From: Microcoleus sp.
GTDB taxonomy: Bacteria; Cyanobacteriota; Cyanobacteriia; Cyanobacteriales; Microcoleaceae
DNA: 64,000 nt
Assembly: GCA_052279835.1 (NCBI GenBank)
Contig: CP181291.1
Span: 2,816,001-2,880,000 of the forward strand
Reading direction: 5' to 3'
Shown: positions 39,534 to 50,850 of the stretch, piece by piece
How positions within the stretch are numbered: position 1 is the stretch's first letter
Layout: every line of letters starts with the position of its first letter
The notes under the pieces: model-generated
Seen by the model: the letters and a program-made list of their open reading frames with translations, nothing else
Database searches by the model: none
Told to the model about the DNA's origin: nothing
Program-made: the position numbers and the translations under genes

Positions 39534-40430
39534 TTGAACAGTATTACTTCCCTAGAAATAGAAGTCGCCCAAACACTGCTGAGATTGTCAATGTTGCTGG
39601 GCTTAACACTCTTAATCGCCTTTTTTGTGGCGTCTGAATTAGCCTTAGTATCAGCAGACAGACATCAAATCCGTCAACTCGCGCAGTTGTCAGACTCTCC
39701 AAAAACCGCCGCATCCGCCGAACTCGTCCACCAAGCTCAAAACGACATCCCCCATTACCTATCCGTCACCCAAACAGGCACAACTGCTGGCAGTTTGCTA
39801 CTAGGTTGGCTGGGCGAGGGAGCAACAGTGCATTGGATCGAACCGTGGATCGGCAAATTGCCCCTCGGTCATTTTCCGCTGATGCTAACGGCTCATGCGA
39901 TCGCAGTTCCAGTCGCTTTCATCTTAGTAACATACATAGAGATAGTCTTAGGAGAACTCATCCCCAAAGTATTAGCATCCCACGCCCCTGAACGCACCGC
40001 TTTACTACTGATCCGTCCCCTAAAAATCTGCTCCAACGTGCTGTGGCCGCTGCTGGCAATTCTCAACGCTAATGTACGGCTGCTGACAGGTGGAATTACC
40101 CGCCATCAGTCTCCACCTCTCCTATCACCTTCCCAGGCAACTATCGTCCAAAAAGACGCACATTCAGCACTGATTTCTGGGGGATGGGAAGTGACAGAAC
40201 TCAACAAACAACTGGGATTAAAACTACCAATTAGCGACGCTTATCAAACCATAGCTGGATTCATGATTCACCATTTGGGTAAACTCCCAAATCAAGGAGA
40301 GCGATTGTTGTGGGACGAGTTAGAAATAGAAGCAGAAAATGTAATAGAAGGCAGTTTAGAAACAGTGTTATTGCGTCAAGTAACACATCCTTTGTTTAAG
40401 ACTCAACAGCCAGAACTTGTGTTGAATTGA
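39534..40430 (+). CDS. CNNM/DUF21 + CorC/HlyC domain protein lacking the CBS pair
   Basis: FFVASELAL, Q.GTT..SLLLG, GELIPK; C-terminal YQTIAGF..LGKLP. Confidence 0.8.
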   Translation: MNSITSLEIEVAQTLLRLSMLLGLTLLIAFFVASELALVSADRHQIRQLAQLSDSPKTAASAELVHQAQNDIPHYLSVTQTGTTAGSLLLGWLGEGATVHWIEPWIGKLPLGHFPLMLTAHAIAVPVAFILVTYIEIVLGELIPKVLASHAPERTALLLIRPLKICSNVLWPLLAILNANVRLLTGGITRHQSPPLLSPSQATIVQKDAHSALISGGWEVTELNKQLGLKLPISDAYQTIAGFMIHHLGKLPNQGERLLWDELEIEAENVIEGSLETVLLRQVTHPLFKTQQPELVLN

Positions 40431-40582
40431 ACTACTACGAATATCAACAATAATTACTCAACCCTTTATCTTCTCTTCCCTTCCATACTCTTCCTTCGTG
40501 TCCTTCGCGCCTTCGCGGTTCGTTTAAATCCAGAGATTTGAGATTAGCAACCAATCCCAAATCTCAAAAACAGCGAACTTAA

Positions 40583-43500
40583 TCACCCAACAGCCACCTT
40601 TATAGAAGCACCAACAAACTGCTCATAATCCGTCAACAACCACGAAGGCAAACAGCTATTCGCATCCTCCACCCGCAACTGTCCAGCGCGACAAAACAGC
40701 ATCGCAGCTAACAAATAATTCACAGCTTTAGGTCTTCCAAACCCTTTACTCAACTCAGCAACTAACGAATTAAAAACACCACGTTCCGTTTCATTCAACG
40801 GCTCATTAATAAACCCACTAGCGAGAATTGCTTTATAACCTTTACCAAAATCGCTCCGGTACAAAAGTTCCAGTTGTTCCTCAGAGACACTCAGCCACAA
40901 ATCAGCAATTTGCTTGCGAATTTCCCGCAAATCGGCTAACACTGGTTCAGCCGTATTGTCTATTTTATAAAGATTGATAGCACCAGTTAATCGAGCCAAA
41001 AACTGCGGTAGATAGTCTTCTTTGACTACAGTTTTTTCTGTTTGAGCAAAGGCACTTTCAAAAACCCGGTCATAATCGTCAAACAACCACTTCGGTAAAC
41101 GAGTATTAGCATCGGGAATCCGCATTTTACCAGGCACAAAATACAGCATCGCACCTAACAGAGCATTGATAGCTTGCGGATGCACCAGCCCTTTGCTAAT
41201 TTCAGTCAACTGCTGCAAAAACTGCTGTTCGGCTTCACTCATTGGTTCTGTTTGTAAACCACATCCCAGTATTGCTTGATATGCTTTGCGCACTTCGCCT
41301 TGATACAAAGTTGCCAATTTTTCTGGCCCAACAGTTAGCCAAAAATCAGCCAATTGTCGGCGAAGTTGGCGGAGTTCCAAAACTACCGATGCGTCTGATG
41401 AATCAATGCGGTAGAGATTGACGCATCCTAATAATTGATTGACAAATTGTGGGGATTGAATGTGTTGAGCTAGCAAGTCAGAACTCGATTCGGAATTAAC
41501 AGCGGTTTCTGGTTCAAAAACTTGTTCGTAATCGCCGATTAACCATTGGGGCAAACGGTTCCGAGCTTCAGGAATTCGCATGGTTCCCGGTGGGAAATAC
41601 AGCATGGCTGCCAGCAGGGCATTCATGGCTTGGGGATGTACTAATCCTTTGCTAATCTGGGTTAATTGCTGCAAAAATCTTTGTTCTTCTTCCCTCATTG
41701 GTTGATGTTGAAAGCCGGAGGAAAGCAGGATTTTGTAGTTTTTGCCGGGGTGGCTTTTGTAGGTATTTTCTAGATTGTCAACGGCAACGTTTAGCCAAAA
41801 CTCGGCTATTTCTTTGCGGATTTGACGCAACTCGGAGATGGCTGAGGTGTTTGATGGATTGGTTTGATATAACTGGAGGGTATGGGATAGGCGATCGCCC
41901 AAATCAGCCACTTTGGGAATGCTATCCTGTAGGATGCGGGATGCTGCTTGGTGGCTGGTTTGCCATTTGCCAAACAGTTGTTGAAATAATTGGGCGATCG
42001 CCCCTGAATATGCAACACTATCAAAACAAGCGGGATTGGCTTGCATTTTCTGCTGAATTTCCTGCCGGTACCGCTGCCGCAATTCAGGATTAGTACCGAG
42101 AGTAACGGCTAACTGAATGTAAGAAGCTTCGCTATTAGTAATTAAATCGGGCAGTTGTAATTCCCGCAACATCGCCGCCCCTTGCCGAAACCGCAAAGCA
42201 TTTCCTTCCACAACCACCGTCGGTAATCCTACTTGCAAAGGATCGATTAACGATGTTGCACCCGCATAAGGATAGGAATCGAGATAAACATCTGCTAGCT
42301 GCAAAAACTCTTTCACATCCGCGCGACTAGGCAGTTGTTTTACAAAACACAAACGGTTATTATTGACACCATATTTAGCACAGACAGCTTTCAAATTGTT
42401 GACAAAAGGTGTGGCGGGATAACTGCGAGTCCAAGCCGGGCCAAAGGGATATAAAATCAAGATAGAATCCGGTACTGCTGCTAAAATCTTGACCCAACTT
42501 TCTCTCAATTCCGGCAGAATCTTGTAGAAGTTGGCACCGGATATAAAAACAGTTGTTTTATCGGAAATACCGAGACTTGGGCGGGTAGGCTTAACTGTCG
42601 CCACTTCCGATTCCGTTGCATATTTGAAACAAAAACCGCTGCCTTCCATAACGGCTAATGGTTCGCGATATTGTTCTTGATAGCTGGCATCAGGAACCGT
42701 ATATTTTCCGGCAATGTAGTAATCCATGTGCCTGATTCCCGTGGTAGTCGGGGAACAGAAAGATGTAGTTTGTACCCGCGCCAAACGGTGCATTGCTAGT
42801 GAAACCAAGGGTTTGTTAACAGCAGTTAAATTAGTACCAAAAAACAGGATATCTAAGTCATCGGCGCGAATTGTTTGGACTTGAGATGCAAAGTCTGTCG
42901 GGAGTGTAACTAGCTTGTCTGCACGACTTTGGCAATACTGTTCTAATGGGTGTCCGTTGGTGTTGAGCGCATAGAGAATAATCTCGAATTGGTCGCGGTT
43001 TAAATGCTCGAAAACCGGGATTGTAGCGAAGGTTTCGGTTTGGGGTGTGAAATGGTCGTTGATGATGCCGAGGCGGATTTTGGTTCGATTTGGCGATCGC
43101 CCTGGGAAGATACAATCAATAGAACTCCCGCGATTTTTTAGCGAAAACTCGATAATTTCTGCCCGTTTGGTGTAAAGTTCCCGCAGGTTAGCCGTTGTGA
43201 AGTACAGCGGGATAAAGTTAGCAGCTTGGGAGAAAAATAAAGCAATATTTTGCCAAAGTTGTGCTTCGGGATTGTTGAAAATATTGCTATGAATGTAATT
43301 CACCCAATCCTGGATGAATTGATAGTAATTTTCTGCTTCTCCTACTGTTTGAAATAAACTGGGAGAAGCAAACATAAATTTGAGATACTCGTTGGCAAAC
43401 CAGTTGGGAATTTGAGCGCGATCGTACTTAAGTGGCAATTGATCTGCGCGTCGGTACAGCATGGCTGCTAGCAGGTAATTAATAGCTTTGGGGTCATTAA

Positions 43501-46500
43501 ATCCTTTAGCAATATATGCTGTTAGTTCACTGACAAAAGCCTCTTCTGTGTCGGTTAGCGGTTCATCTTTAATTTCGCTATTTAGCAGTGATTGGTGCAC
43601 TTTTCCTGCCTCACCTGCATAGGCACTTGCAAGCTGTTCGGCAGTTAAATTCAGCCAATTTTCTGCAATTTGTTTTCTAACTCTGCGGGCATTTTCTAGG
43701 AGATTTGGATTTGCCGAATTTTTCTGATATTGCTCAATAATGCTTGACAAAGAAGCTTGACTCTGAGTCGAAATAGCAGGTAATTGCTGTTTGCTACCAC
43801 AGGCTTGTATCAAAGCATCACTAACTATTTTTGCCATTTTTGACCAAGAGAAGTTTTTAGCTTGTTCCAAACCAGCAGAAATTAATGATTGGCGAATCTC
43901 AGGCTTTTGAACTTCAATTAGTGCCTGTTTCAATCCTTCAACATCTTCTGAGTTGACATATAACGCTGCTTGAGCTGCCACTTCAGGAATTGAGCTATTT
44001 TTACAGGCAATCACTGGACATCCGCAGGCGATCGCTTCCAGAATTGGCAATCCAAAACCTTCATATTTTGATGTTTGAACTAATGCTATAGCACCGAAAT
44101 AAGCGCTTTTTAACTCGTTGTCGCTCAGTTTTAGTAGGTGAAAGTTGATGTCAGAAGTGTATGCTTTTAACTCTGTTTCTAATACGGAGTTACCGCCTAC
44201 GCAGACCATTTCAAATTCATGTTTCCTGTCTAATTGAGCAAAGGCTTTGAAAAACAATAGAGCATTTTTATAACCGTTAAATCCGATGCGATCGCCAACC
44301 CACAAAAAATACGGTTTTGAGATGCCGTATTTCATCTTAAATTGATTCACTTCGACAAAGGTTAAGGGCGAAAATCCTTTGTCAATGCCACAATGGGCTA
44401 CTGTTACCGACTCACGAGAAATTTCAGGAAAGCATTTTACTAAATCGCGGGCAGTATTTTCCGAAATCGCTATGTATGCAGAAGCGTGACGAATACCATG
44501 ATATTTTTCTGTCCACATTGGGTTAGCTAGATTAGCTCCCATGACTTCTGGAATCATGTCATAAGCCATGAATACAGATGGTGTCGAGCGCGGTGTGGTA
44601 TAGTAAGTGGAAATAAACAAATCCGCTTGTTCTTCATCGCAGATTTGCTGCAACATTTCGCGATCGCCTTCCGTATTACTATAGTCATAAGCTGGGACTT
44701 GCCGATAATCGATCCCGGCAATTTTGGGAAAAGTTCCATTGCGATCGAGTACGAGGATGTGCTGGCTGAAACTCTGAGTTGCCCATTCTGTAATTAATGA
44801 TTGCCAGACACGGGTAATTCCAGACTTGTGAATCTGAAACATTACGCCGTCAATGATAATTTTTAGCGCAGGTTTCGCTTCTGTATTACTCGGTTTTTGT
44901 GCATTTTCACTAGATAAGAATACAGCCGGAAGTAAGTTAATTACTTTGGCAGAGGTGCTACATTTCAATCCTTCTTTAATTTGGGCGATCGCTGAATTTT
45001 GCTCTCCTTTAGCAATCATGGAATGCGCCATTTTCAAAGCTTCTATCGCATAATGTTCTCTCGCCTGATTTGATAATTCCTCAGCACTCTCTTTTGGTAA
45101 ATAGGATTGAGAGATTACGATCGCCTTTCTAGCCTCTGCAATATTTTCACCGGCTTGAAACAAGCGAGATGTCCATGATGAAGAGTTCATCCGCGTACAA
45201 GCAAAAGTTTGAGGCTCATACCACATCCGATAATACACTGCAATTCGCTTCCACATTTCCCAATCAGCCGCAGCACCAGCCTGGGGGCAAAATCCACCCA
45301 ACTCCTCATAAACGCTACGCTTAACTACCATAGAAGCCGCCGCAATCCAAGAATACACAGCCAGTTTTTTGATCCAGTCAGTTAAAATACCAGCAGTTTC
45401 CCTTTCCAAAGGTGATAACCATAAAGGCGCATTTTCTTCATTAACATGGAGACAGCGACAGAAAGCAGCACCAATTGTTAATTGTTTTTCTATTGATTCC
45501 CGAAGGCTGCTATAAAATCCAGGCTTGACAAAATCATCATCGTGCAGAATGTGCACCCATTCACCGCGTGCTTGCTGAATGCAAATATTAAAAATGGCAG
45601 TTTGGCCAACATTAGTTTCAGAATGCCGATAAAACTTTATGCGATCGCCAGCCACTTTTTTGATAATTGCTGCTATCTCAGCTTGAACTGACTGACTCGG
45701 ATGATCGTTGACAACTTCAATCTGCATTTCATCGGGAAATGGAGCTTGTTCAATAACACTCCTGAGCGTTTGTTCTAGATATTTTTCCTTCAGATTATAG
45801 GTCGGTATCATCACCGACCAAAAAGGTCTTTTATTGCTTGGCGAGACAGGCGAAATTGTCGGAAATTCAAATTCAGAAGATGCTTTCATGGTCAAGTTTT
45901 GATGTGATAAAGCCAATTGGCGCGAATCCGAGCCTGAAATCAACTGTTGTAATAACTGAGTATAATTTTCATCAGTAATTAACATAATATTTTGAGGCTG
46001 GTCTGTTTTGGTCAACAACTCAGTTTTGACAAAGGTTTTGAGCTGTTCGTGCCAGCCGTATCGCTCGGCGGTATATAATAGCGATCGCGCCGCTTTAACA
46101 TACTGCTCATTTTGCAATAGAGCCTGACGAATCAAGGTTAAATAGAAGTCAAAATGAAGCGGAATTTGTTGGTTAAATCGGCTTCGCGCTGCGGAAAATC
46201 CTTGAATCAGAGCAGTGTAAGCACATTCAACTACCTGTTCAATTGGGCAAGCCGTCATTTCTAAAACTTGCTCCGATGACTGTTGCGAATATTCCAAATC
46301 GTGGGCGATCGAAGCATATACTGATGTAGATGCTAGCAACAACTGAATCATCGGTAATGGTTTGGCCCAATCTGTTAATGCTATCTGGGTTACGCCACTC
46401 GAACAGCCAATTAAAAGAGAGCAATACTTAGTTAACTCCGCATTTTCCCGTAGCGTCAACACACTACCATCAATAATACGTGTATCTCCTGTGGTAATTT

Positions 46501-47404
46501 TAATGTGAGATGACAGAATAATAGTGCAATCGGGTAAGCGAGACAGTAGCCATCGAGCAACAGACAAAGCGTATTCTGGCTTCACAAAAGACTGACTGCT
46601 ACTACTCGTATACTCGAATAAAATTACATGACTGCGTTTCAGTAAATTGTGCTGTTCAGCAAAATTGCGAACTCTTTCAATCTCATCACTTCGGAGACGC
46701 AGAATATTCTGAATCGGCACCGTAATCGGCTTGGGATAGCCTCGAAACAGAGAGGCTTTAGTAGTTCCATCATAATTTTGATAGTTGTTCGGGCTCACCT
46801 GCGTCAAAAATACTTCATCAAATTCGCCGCGACTGAGGCGCACCTGTACCTCTTTTTCCAGGTCATACCAAGCAGCCACAATTTCCGACCAATTCCTAGC
46901 AGCAACTTCCCAAATTTCATCAACAAATGGATTACCTTCTATCATACTTCGGCACATTGATGAAATTGCCCAAGTCAAATGACAATTAGGATAATCATGC
47001 TTGATTTGTCTCGCCAAGGTAGTTGCATGAAGACAATCTCCATTTGAGCCAAGTTGTGCCAACAAAATGCGCTGACCGGAATTATTTTGTGGGAATTCAG
47101 CAGTGAAAAAACCTGACCAAGAACGTTCAGTTTGCCAACGTGGTATCTCAGCTTCCAGAGATTTCGCGCTGCCATCCACAACCACAACTTGGTCAATGTC
47201 AGGATTATTTTGCAGCAACATCTCACCTTCCCCAGTAGTGAACCATGTAATTATGCAGTTTGGTTCGCTATTTTTGAGATTTTTTGCTGCGGGCAGATGC
47301 GACAATATTTCCTGTGGCTTAAAAAATGCAAAACCGTAATGCTTGTGCATCGATGTATAGGGGTAAGAAGCTGGCTGAGATAATCGTTTAATCATGGAAA
47401 TCAC
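40583..47404 (-). CDS. Giant multi-domain glycosyltransferase (GT9-like, GT2, GT4, GT41/HMW1C-like, helical repeats)
   Basis: QLGSNGDCL; WSVMIPTYN/LHDDD; YEGFGLPILEA; DVYLDSYPYAGATS; repeated LRQIRK..A.FWL...A.N.LLAAMLY. Confidence 0.88.
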   Translation of the reverse strand: MISMIKRLSQPASYPYTSMHKHYGFAFFKPQEILSHLPAAKNLKNSEPNCIITWFTTGEGEMLLQNNPDIDQVVVVDGSAKSLEAEIPRWQTERSWSGFFTAEFPQNNSGQRILLAQLGSNGDCLHATTLARQIKHDYPNCHLTWAISSMCRSMIEGNPFVDEIWEVAARNWSEIVAAWYDLEKEVQVRLSRGEFDEVFLTQVSPNNYQNYDGTTKASLFRGYPKPITVPIQNILRLRSDEIERVRNFAEQHNLLKRSHVILFEYTSSSSQSFVKPEYALSVARWLLSRLPDCTIILSSHIKITTGDTRIIDGSVLTLRENAELTKYCSLLIGCSSGVTQIALTDWAKPLPMIQLLLASTSVYASIAHDLEYSQQSSEQVLEMTACPIEQVVECAYTALIQGFSAARSRFNQQIPLHFDFYLTLIRQALLQNEQYVKAARSLLYTAERYGWHEQLKTFVKTELLTKTDQPQNIMLITDENYTQLLQQLISGSDSRQLALSHQNLTMKASSEFEFPTISPVSPSNKRPFWSVMIPTYNLKEKYLEQTLRSVIEQAPFPDEMQIEVVNDHPSQSVQAEIAAIIKKVAGDRIKFYRHSETNVGQTAIFNICIQQARGEWVHILHDDDFVKPGFYSSLRESIEKQLTIGAAFCRCLHVNEENAPLWLSPLERETAGILTDWIKKLAVYSWIAAASMVVKRSVYEELGGFCPQAGAAADWEMWKRIAVYYRMWYEPQTFACTRMNSSSWTSRLFQAGENIAEARKAIVISQSYLPKESAEELSNQAREHYAIEALKMAHSMIAKGEQNSAIAQIKEGLKCSTSAKVINLLPAVFLSSENAQKPSNTEAKPALKIIIDGVMFQIHKSGITRVWQSLITEWATQSFSQHILVLDRNGTFPKIAGIDYRQVPAYDYSNTEGDREMLQQICDEEQADLFISTYYTTPRSTPSVFMAYDMIPEVMGANLANPMWTEKYHGIRHASAYIAISENTARDLVKCFPEISRESVTVAHCGIDKGFSPLTFVEVNQFKMKYGISKPYFLWVGDRIGFNGYKNALLFFKAFAQLDRKHEFEMVCVGGNSVLETELKAYTSDINFHLLKLSDNELKSAYFGAIALVQTSKYEGFGLPILEAIACGCPVIACKNSSIPEVAAQAALYVNSEDVEGLKQALIEVQKPEIRQSLISAGLEQAKNFSWSKMAKIVSDALIQACGSKQQLPAISTQSQASLSSIIEQYQKNSANPNLLENARRVRKQIAENWLNLTAEQLASAYAGEAGKVHQSLLNSEIKDEPLTDTEEAFVSELTAYIAKGFNDPKAINYLLAAMLYRRADQLPLKYDRAQIPNWFANEYLKFMFASPSLFQTVGEAENYYQFIQDWVNYIHSNIFNNPEAQLWQNIALFFSQAANFIPLYFTTANLRELYTKRAEIIEFSLKNRGSSIDCIFPGRSPNRTKIRLGIINDHFTPQTETFATIPVFEHLNRDQFEIILYALNTNGHPLEQYCQSRADKLVTLPTDFASQVQTIRADDLDILFFGTNLTAVNKPLVSLAMHRLARVQTTSFCSPTTTGIRHMDYYIAGKYTVPDASYQEQYREPLAVMEGSGFCFKYATESEVATVKPTRPSLGISDKTTVFISGANFYKILPELRESWVKILAAVPDSILILYPFGPAWTRSYPATPFVNNLKAVCAKYGVNNNRLCFVKQLPSRADVKEFLQLADVYLDSYPYAGATSLIDPLQVGLPTVVVEGNALRFRQGAAMLRELQLPDLITNSEASYIQLAVTLGTNPELRQRYRQEIQQKMQANPACFDSVAYSGAIAQLFQQLFGKWQTSHQAASRILQDSIPKVADLGDRLSHTLQLYQTNPSNTSAISELRQIRKEIAEFWLNVAVDNLENTYKSHPGKNYKILLSSGFQHQPMREEEQRFLQQLTQISKGLVHPQAMNALLAAMLYFPPGTMRIPEARNRLPQWLIGDYEQVFEPETAVNSESSSDLLAQHIQSPQFVNQLLGCVNLYRIDSSDASVVLELRQLRRQLADFWLTVGPEKLATLYQGEVRKAYQAILGCGLQTEPMSEAEQQFLQQLTEISKGLVHPQAINALLGAMLYFVPGKMRIPDANTRLPKWLFDDYDRVFESAFAQTEKTVVKEDYLPQFLARLTGAINLYKIDNTAEPVLADLREIRKQIADLWLSVSEEQLELLYRSDFGKGYKAILASGFINEPLNETERGVFNSLVAELSKGFGRPKAVNYLLAAMLFCRAGQLRVEDANSCLPSWLLTDYEQFVGASIKVAVG

Positions 47405-47422
47405 TAAATTTAGAGTGTAATT

Positions 47423-48295
47423 TTATACGGTTTCTAGCATCATAGTTGCGAGTTGGCGCAAATCAATCTTGGGATGCCAATCTAGGCTGTGCATTAGCGC
47501 CGGATTGGATACTAATCGCTGATACTCTGGCTGAAAATTTTCCGCCTGCTCTACATAGCCTGTCCAATCCAAACCTAGCTGCGAAAAGCAGATTTCTATC
47601 CAATCTTTTATAGAATGAGTTTTGCCGGAACCGATGACAGCTTCAAAAACATTTTGCTGTTCTACAAGCGTCATAATTCCCTCTGCTACATCACCGGCAA
47701 ACGTCCATTCTTTCTCTACATTAACATCGCCCATCTGAAGTTTTTCCTCAGAGCCATGAGCAATGCGCTTAGCGGCGAGTACAATTTTTTGACTGACATG
47801 ATTTGGCTTTCTGAGAGGGCTTTCATGATGGAATAAATATCCTACATAGGCTTTGATACCCAGAGTTCTGTAATATCGAGCAGCATAAACTGATTGGATT
47901 CGAGCAACGGCATAATGACTACTTGCTTCAAAACAAGTATCTTCAGAAATGGGATTCCCATCATTATGAAACTGAACACCGCTACCTGTAATAAAAACTT
48001 TAGAATTGGCACTATGCTTGTAAACCGCTTCTAAAATATTTAGTGTACCTGTCGAAATTGCTGCATGATTTTCAAACAGCGCATCGTGTCGTGTTGTTGA
48101 TTTAGCAGCTAAGTGAAATACGTAGGTTGGTTGGTATTCTTTTACGAACTCCTCAACCTGTTTGTAGTCAGACACATCGCCACGCATCCAATCTCCCGAT
48201 CGCGATACAGCTATAGGTTGAATTCCTTTAGCTTTGCACAACTGATGGAGATAGTATCCATCTTGTCCGTTAGCACCAAAAATAAGAGCGTTCAC
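47423..48295 (-). CDS. GDP-mannose 4,6-dehydratase-like SDR
   Basis: GANGQDG, HLAA, FHHESPLR; catalytic motif reads YAVAR. Confidence 0.8.
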   Translation of the reverse strand: MNALIFGANGQDGYYLHQLCKAKGIQPIAVSRSGDWMRGDVSDYKQVEEFVKEYQPTYVFHLAAKSTTRHDALFENHAAISTGTLNILEAVYKHSANSKVFITGSGVQFHNDGNPISEDTCFEASSHYAVARIQSVYAARYYRTLGIKAYVGYLFHHESPLRKPNHVSQKIVLAAKRIAHGSEEKLQMGDVNVEKEWTFAGDVAEGIMTLVEQQNVFEAVIGSGKTHSIKDWIEICFSQLGLDWTGYVEQAENFQPEYQRLVSNPALMHSLDWHPKIDLRQLATMMLETV

Positions 48296-50826
48296 AGTTT
48301 ATTTTTCTGAAAAACAAAGGTGGCAAATGTATAACGACATCCTTCATAGATAAAATCGGGGTTCGGACAATCCCACTGCGGAACATCAGGGATAACGCAA
48401 TTTTTCAACAAAGGAAGCAGTCGCTGTTTGAAGTCTTTTTGAGTGTAAAGACGAAAGTCTACGCCCGGAATGCGATCGCCAGGTTTATACTGGTCATTAT
48501 AATCGCACGTTAAAATAGCAACACCTCCCGGTGCAAGAAGTTCAGCAATTTGCATCAAAAACAACTCGTCATTTTCAACGTGTTCAATCACAGATGTTGA
48601 AAAAATAATATCATAGCTCCCTTTGATAGTAGACGGCTTTTGGAAATACACATTCAGATCGCAGTTGATCGCCGGATCGATTTCTTCCAGGTGGTAGCCG
48701 ATTTGTTTCAACGCAGCAGCAGCACTATCTTCATAACTGCCCACGCATAAAATCTTAGGTGTGACGAATTGGGATGCAAATTTTTGCACCGTATCCAATA
48801 TAAAGGCTTGCTGAATATTCGCTGCTGGTATTTTACGCACCATCATCTCAGGAACTAGCGCAAATAACTGATCGATGATAGGTTGGTACTGCGATCGCGC
48901 CGCATCGTCCAAGATCCGATTGAATGATGTTACATTGGGAATCCCAACATCTAAATACCTCTGGCTGTGGGACTTCTGTGGCTTTTCTAATACTTGAGCC
49001 AGTATACGCTCATAATCCAAAATAAAATTAGCTTCGCTCCACTCATTGTAAAATGGCACTAGCGGTGCAATACCGTTATCAACAATTTGTTTCAAGCTAG
49101 AATCTTCTATACAAATTGAAGGCTTTGCTGAAACAATATGTCTGAACATATTGCTTTTTGTAATGGCGATCGGTCTTTTTACAGCCAGCGCATGATCGAT
49201 GGTGCTAGAGATACCACGATTATCATATCTTTCATAAAAAAATGCGTTGACCGTATTTTGTGCCAGAAAATCCAGTAATTGCTCTTGAGTGAGAAAATCG
49301 TGACTTAAACTCAGTTTAATACCAGGCTTGACGATCGCCTGCTGACATCTTTTTGCTATGGCTACTGCTTGACTTCCGTCAGCATCCGCAAAAGTTGCAA
49401 AGGGAATATGCAGCCTAATCAATGCCTCATCATACTCTTGCTGTACAGTAGCAATCACCTTCTCAAATCCTTTTCCTTCCAGTCCAAATCCAAAACTACC
49501 AATTGTTGGGATCTTTGGTAATTTGTGATTATTGGTGTAGGGCAATACAATTCTTCCCGTTTTAAATACAATTGGATTCTTCAGTTCTAAGGTCGGATCT
49601 GGAGCTATATGGTATTGAAAAAGTGAATCATTTGATACATCGGCGATGCGCTGCGTAACTTCATGAATAATGCCTATATGTGGCACATTGATAGATTTAA
49701 GGATAGTGGGATTTACCCAACTTAAGGTCAAGGGATGATAGTTGTAAATAATTGCTACTGGCTTGAGCTTGTTGACCCTCTCCAACAACTCTTCCGAACT
49801 GGAACATTCGGCATATACGAAACAGTATTTAGTTGATTTTTCGAGGGTTTTTGCTATATTTAAACCGTACTGCTGCACGCCGCATTGTTTTTCTTTGTGC
49901 GAAACAATCAAAATTTTATCTGGCAAGTTATCGTTCTCTTTACTTGCTGATGCTGTCTTAAAACTTGATTCCCTAGTCACCAAAATATTTGCTGTTTTAG
50001 CTTCTCCTGTAGATAAGCTAATCTCTTCAACTATCTTGCCCAGCCATTGTTGGAGTTCGGCATAATTCTTGGCATAAACCACCGGATTTTCCAAGTTATC
50101 CCAAAGTTTCTCGGCTAAGTCCCAGCCAACAATGCAACGAGGTTTATATCGATTAATCTCCGTTTGGCAAGCAGCGTTGATAGCGCTTCCTTTCATCAAC
50201 AAACCAATACATTTGTCTCCCATTTGCGACAATTGCTTCAGATTCATGCCGCTGCAATCTACAAGATTTACCGCCGGGGATTTAGGTGGAGCCGAACAGT
50301 AAAAATTGAGTTGAGGAAAATCCGCTGCTATTTGTTTGAGGTGTTCGTTTAAATAAAAATAGCTTTGATTCGAGAAAACTTCCCCGTTTTCTACCAAAAT
50401 ACTGTTGGCTCTAACTTCTATTTCCGGCTCTCTGTGTCCAAAGAAGTTAATCGTGGGGGTGTGAATCGGTATCGGCAGGAGATATTTATGATTCAGTCTG
50501 TACTGATACATCTGGCGATTAAAGGTATGAACGTTATTTTGGTACGTCATACCGTAGAGCTTCAAAATATCATCAAAAACCCCAAACCATGTATTGACAA
50601 ATATGGCATCAGTAGGGCAGTTTGGCGTGGGTTTTGTGCCTTTGTATTCGCCCTCTTGAAAAAAGGCGATCGGCAAATCTAAATCATCCCAAAGATAAGC
50701 AGATACTTCGTCGCACTCTAGGGTGATTTTTACCGCCGGGAAACTAATTCTCACCGCCTGAATGAGGGCTCTTGTCAAAATCACATCGCCGCTCTGAAAA
50801 CTGTTATGAATGAAAAAATGTGTCAT
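48292..50826 (-). CDS. Multi-domain GT-like / SAM-methyltransferase protein
   Basis: GDVI N-terminal GT-B-like region, central CGVQQYG/IGSFGFG GT-like region, C-terminal YDIIFSTSVIEHV..LAPGG. Confidence 0.75.
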   Translation of the reverse strand: MTHFFIHNSFQSGDVILTRALIQAVRISFPAVKITLECDEVSAYLWDDLDLPIAFFQEGEYKGTKPTPNCPTDAIFVNTWFGVFDDILKLYGMTYQNNVHTFNRQMYQYRLNHKYLLPIPIHTPTINFFGHREPEIEVRANSILVENGEVFSNQSYFYLNEHLKQIAADFPQLNFYCSAPPKSPAVNLVDCSGMNLKQLSQMGDKCIGLLMKGSAINAACQTEINRYKPRCIVGWDLAEKLWDNLENPVVYAKNYAELQQWLGKIVEEISLSTGEAKTANILVTRESSFKTASASKENDNLPDKILIVSHKEKQCGVQQYGLNIAKTLEKSTKYCFVYAECSSSEELLERVNKLKPVAIIYNYHPLTLSWVNPTILKSINVPHIGIIHEVTQRIADVSNDSLFQYHIAPDPTLELKNPIVFKTGRIVLPYTNNHKLPKIPTIGSFGFGLEGKGFEKVIATVQQEYDEALIRLHIPFATFADADGSQAVAIAKRCQQAIVKPGIKLSLSHDFLTQEQLLDFLAQNTVNAFFYERYDNRGISSTIDHALAVKRPIAITKSNMFRHIVSAKPSICIEDSSLKQIVDNGIAPLVPFYNEWSEANFILDYERILAQVLEKPQKSHSQRYLDVGIPNVTSFNRILDDAARSQYQPIIDQLFALVPEMMVRKIPAANIQQAFILDTVQKFASQFVTPKILCVGSYEDSAAAALKQIGYHLEEIDPAINCDLNVYFQKPSTIKGSYDIIFSTSVIEHVENDELFLMQIAELLAPGGVAILTCDYNDQYKPGDRIPGVDFRLYTQKDFKQRLLPLLKNCVIPDVPQWDCPNPDFIYEGCRYTFATFVFQKNKL

Positions 50827-50850
50827 AGGTTGATTCTCTTTTGTGTCGGC

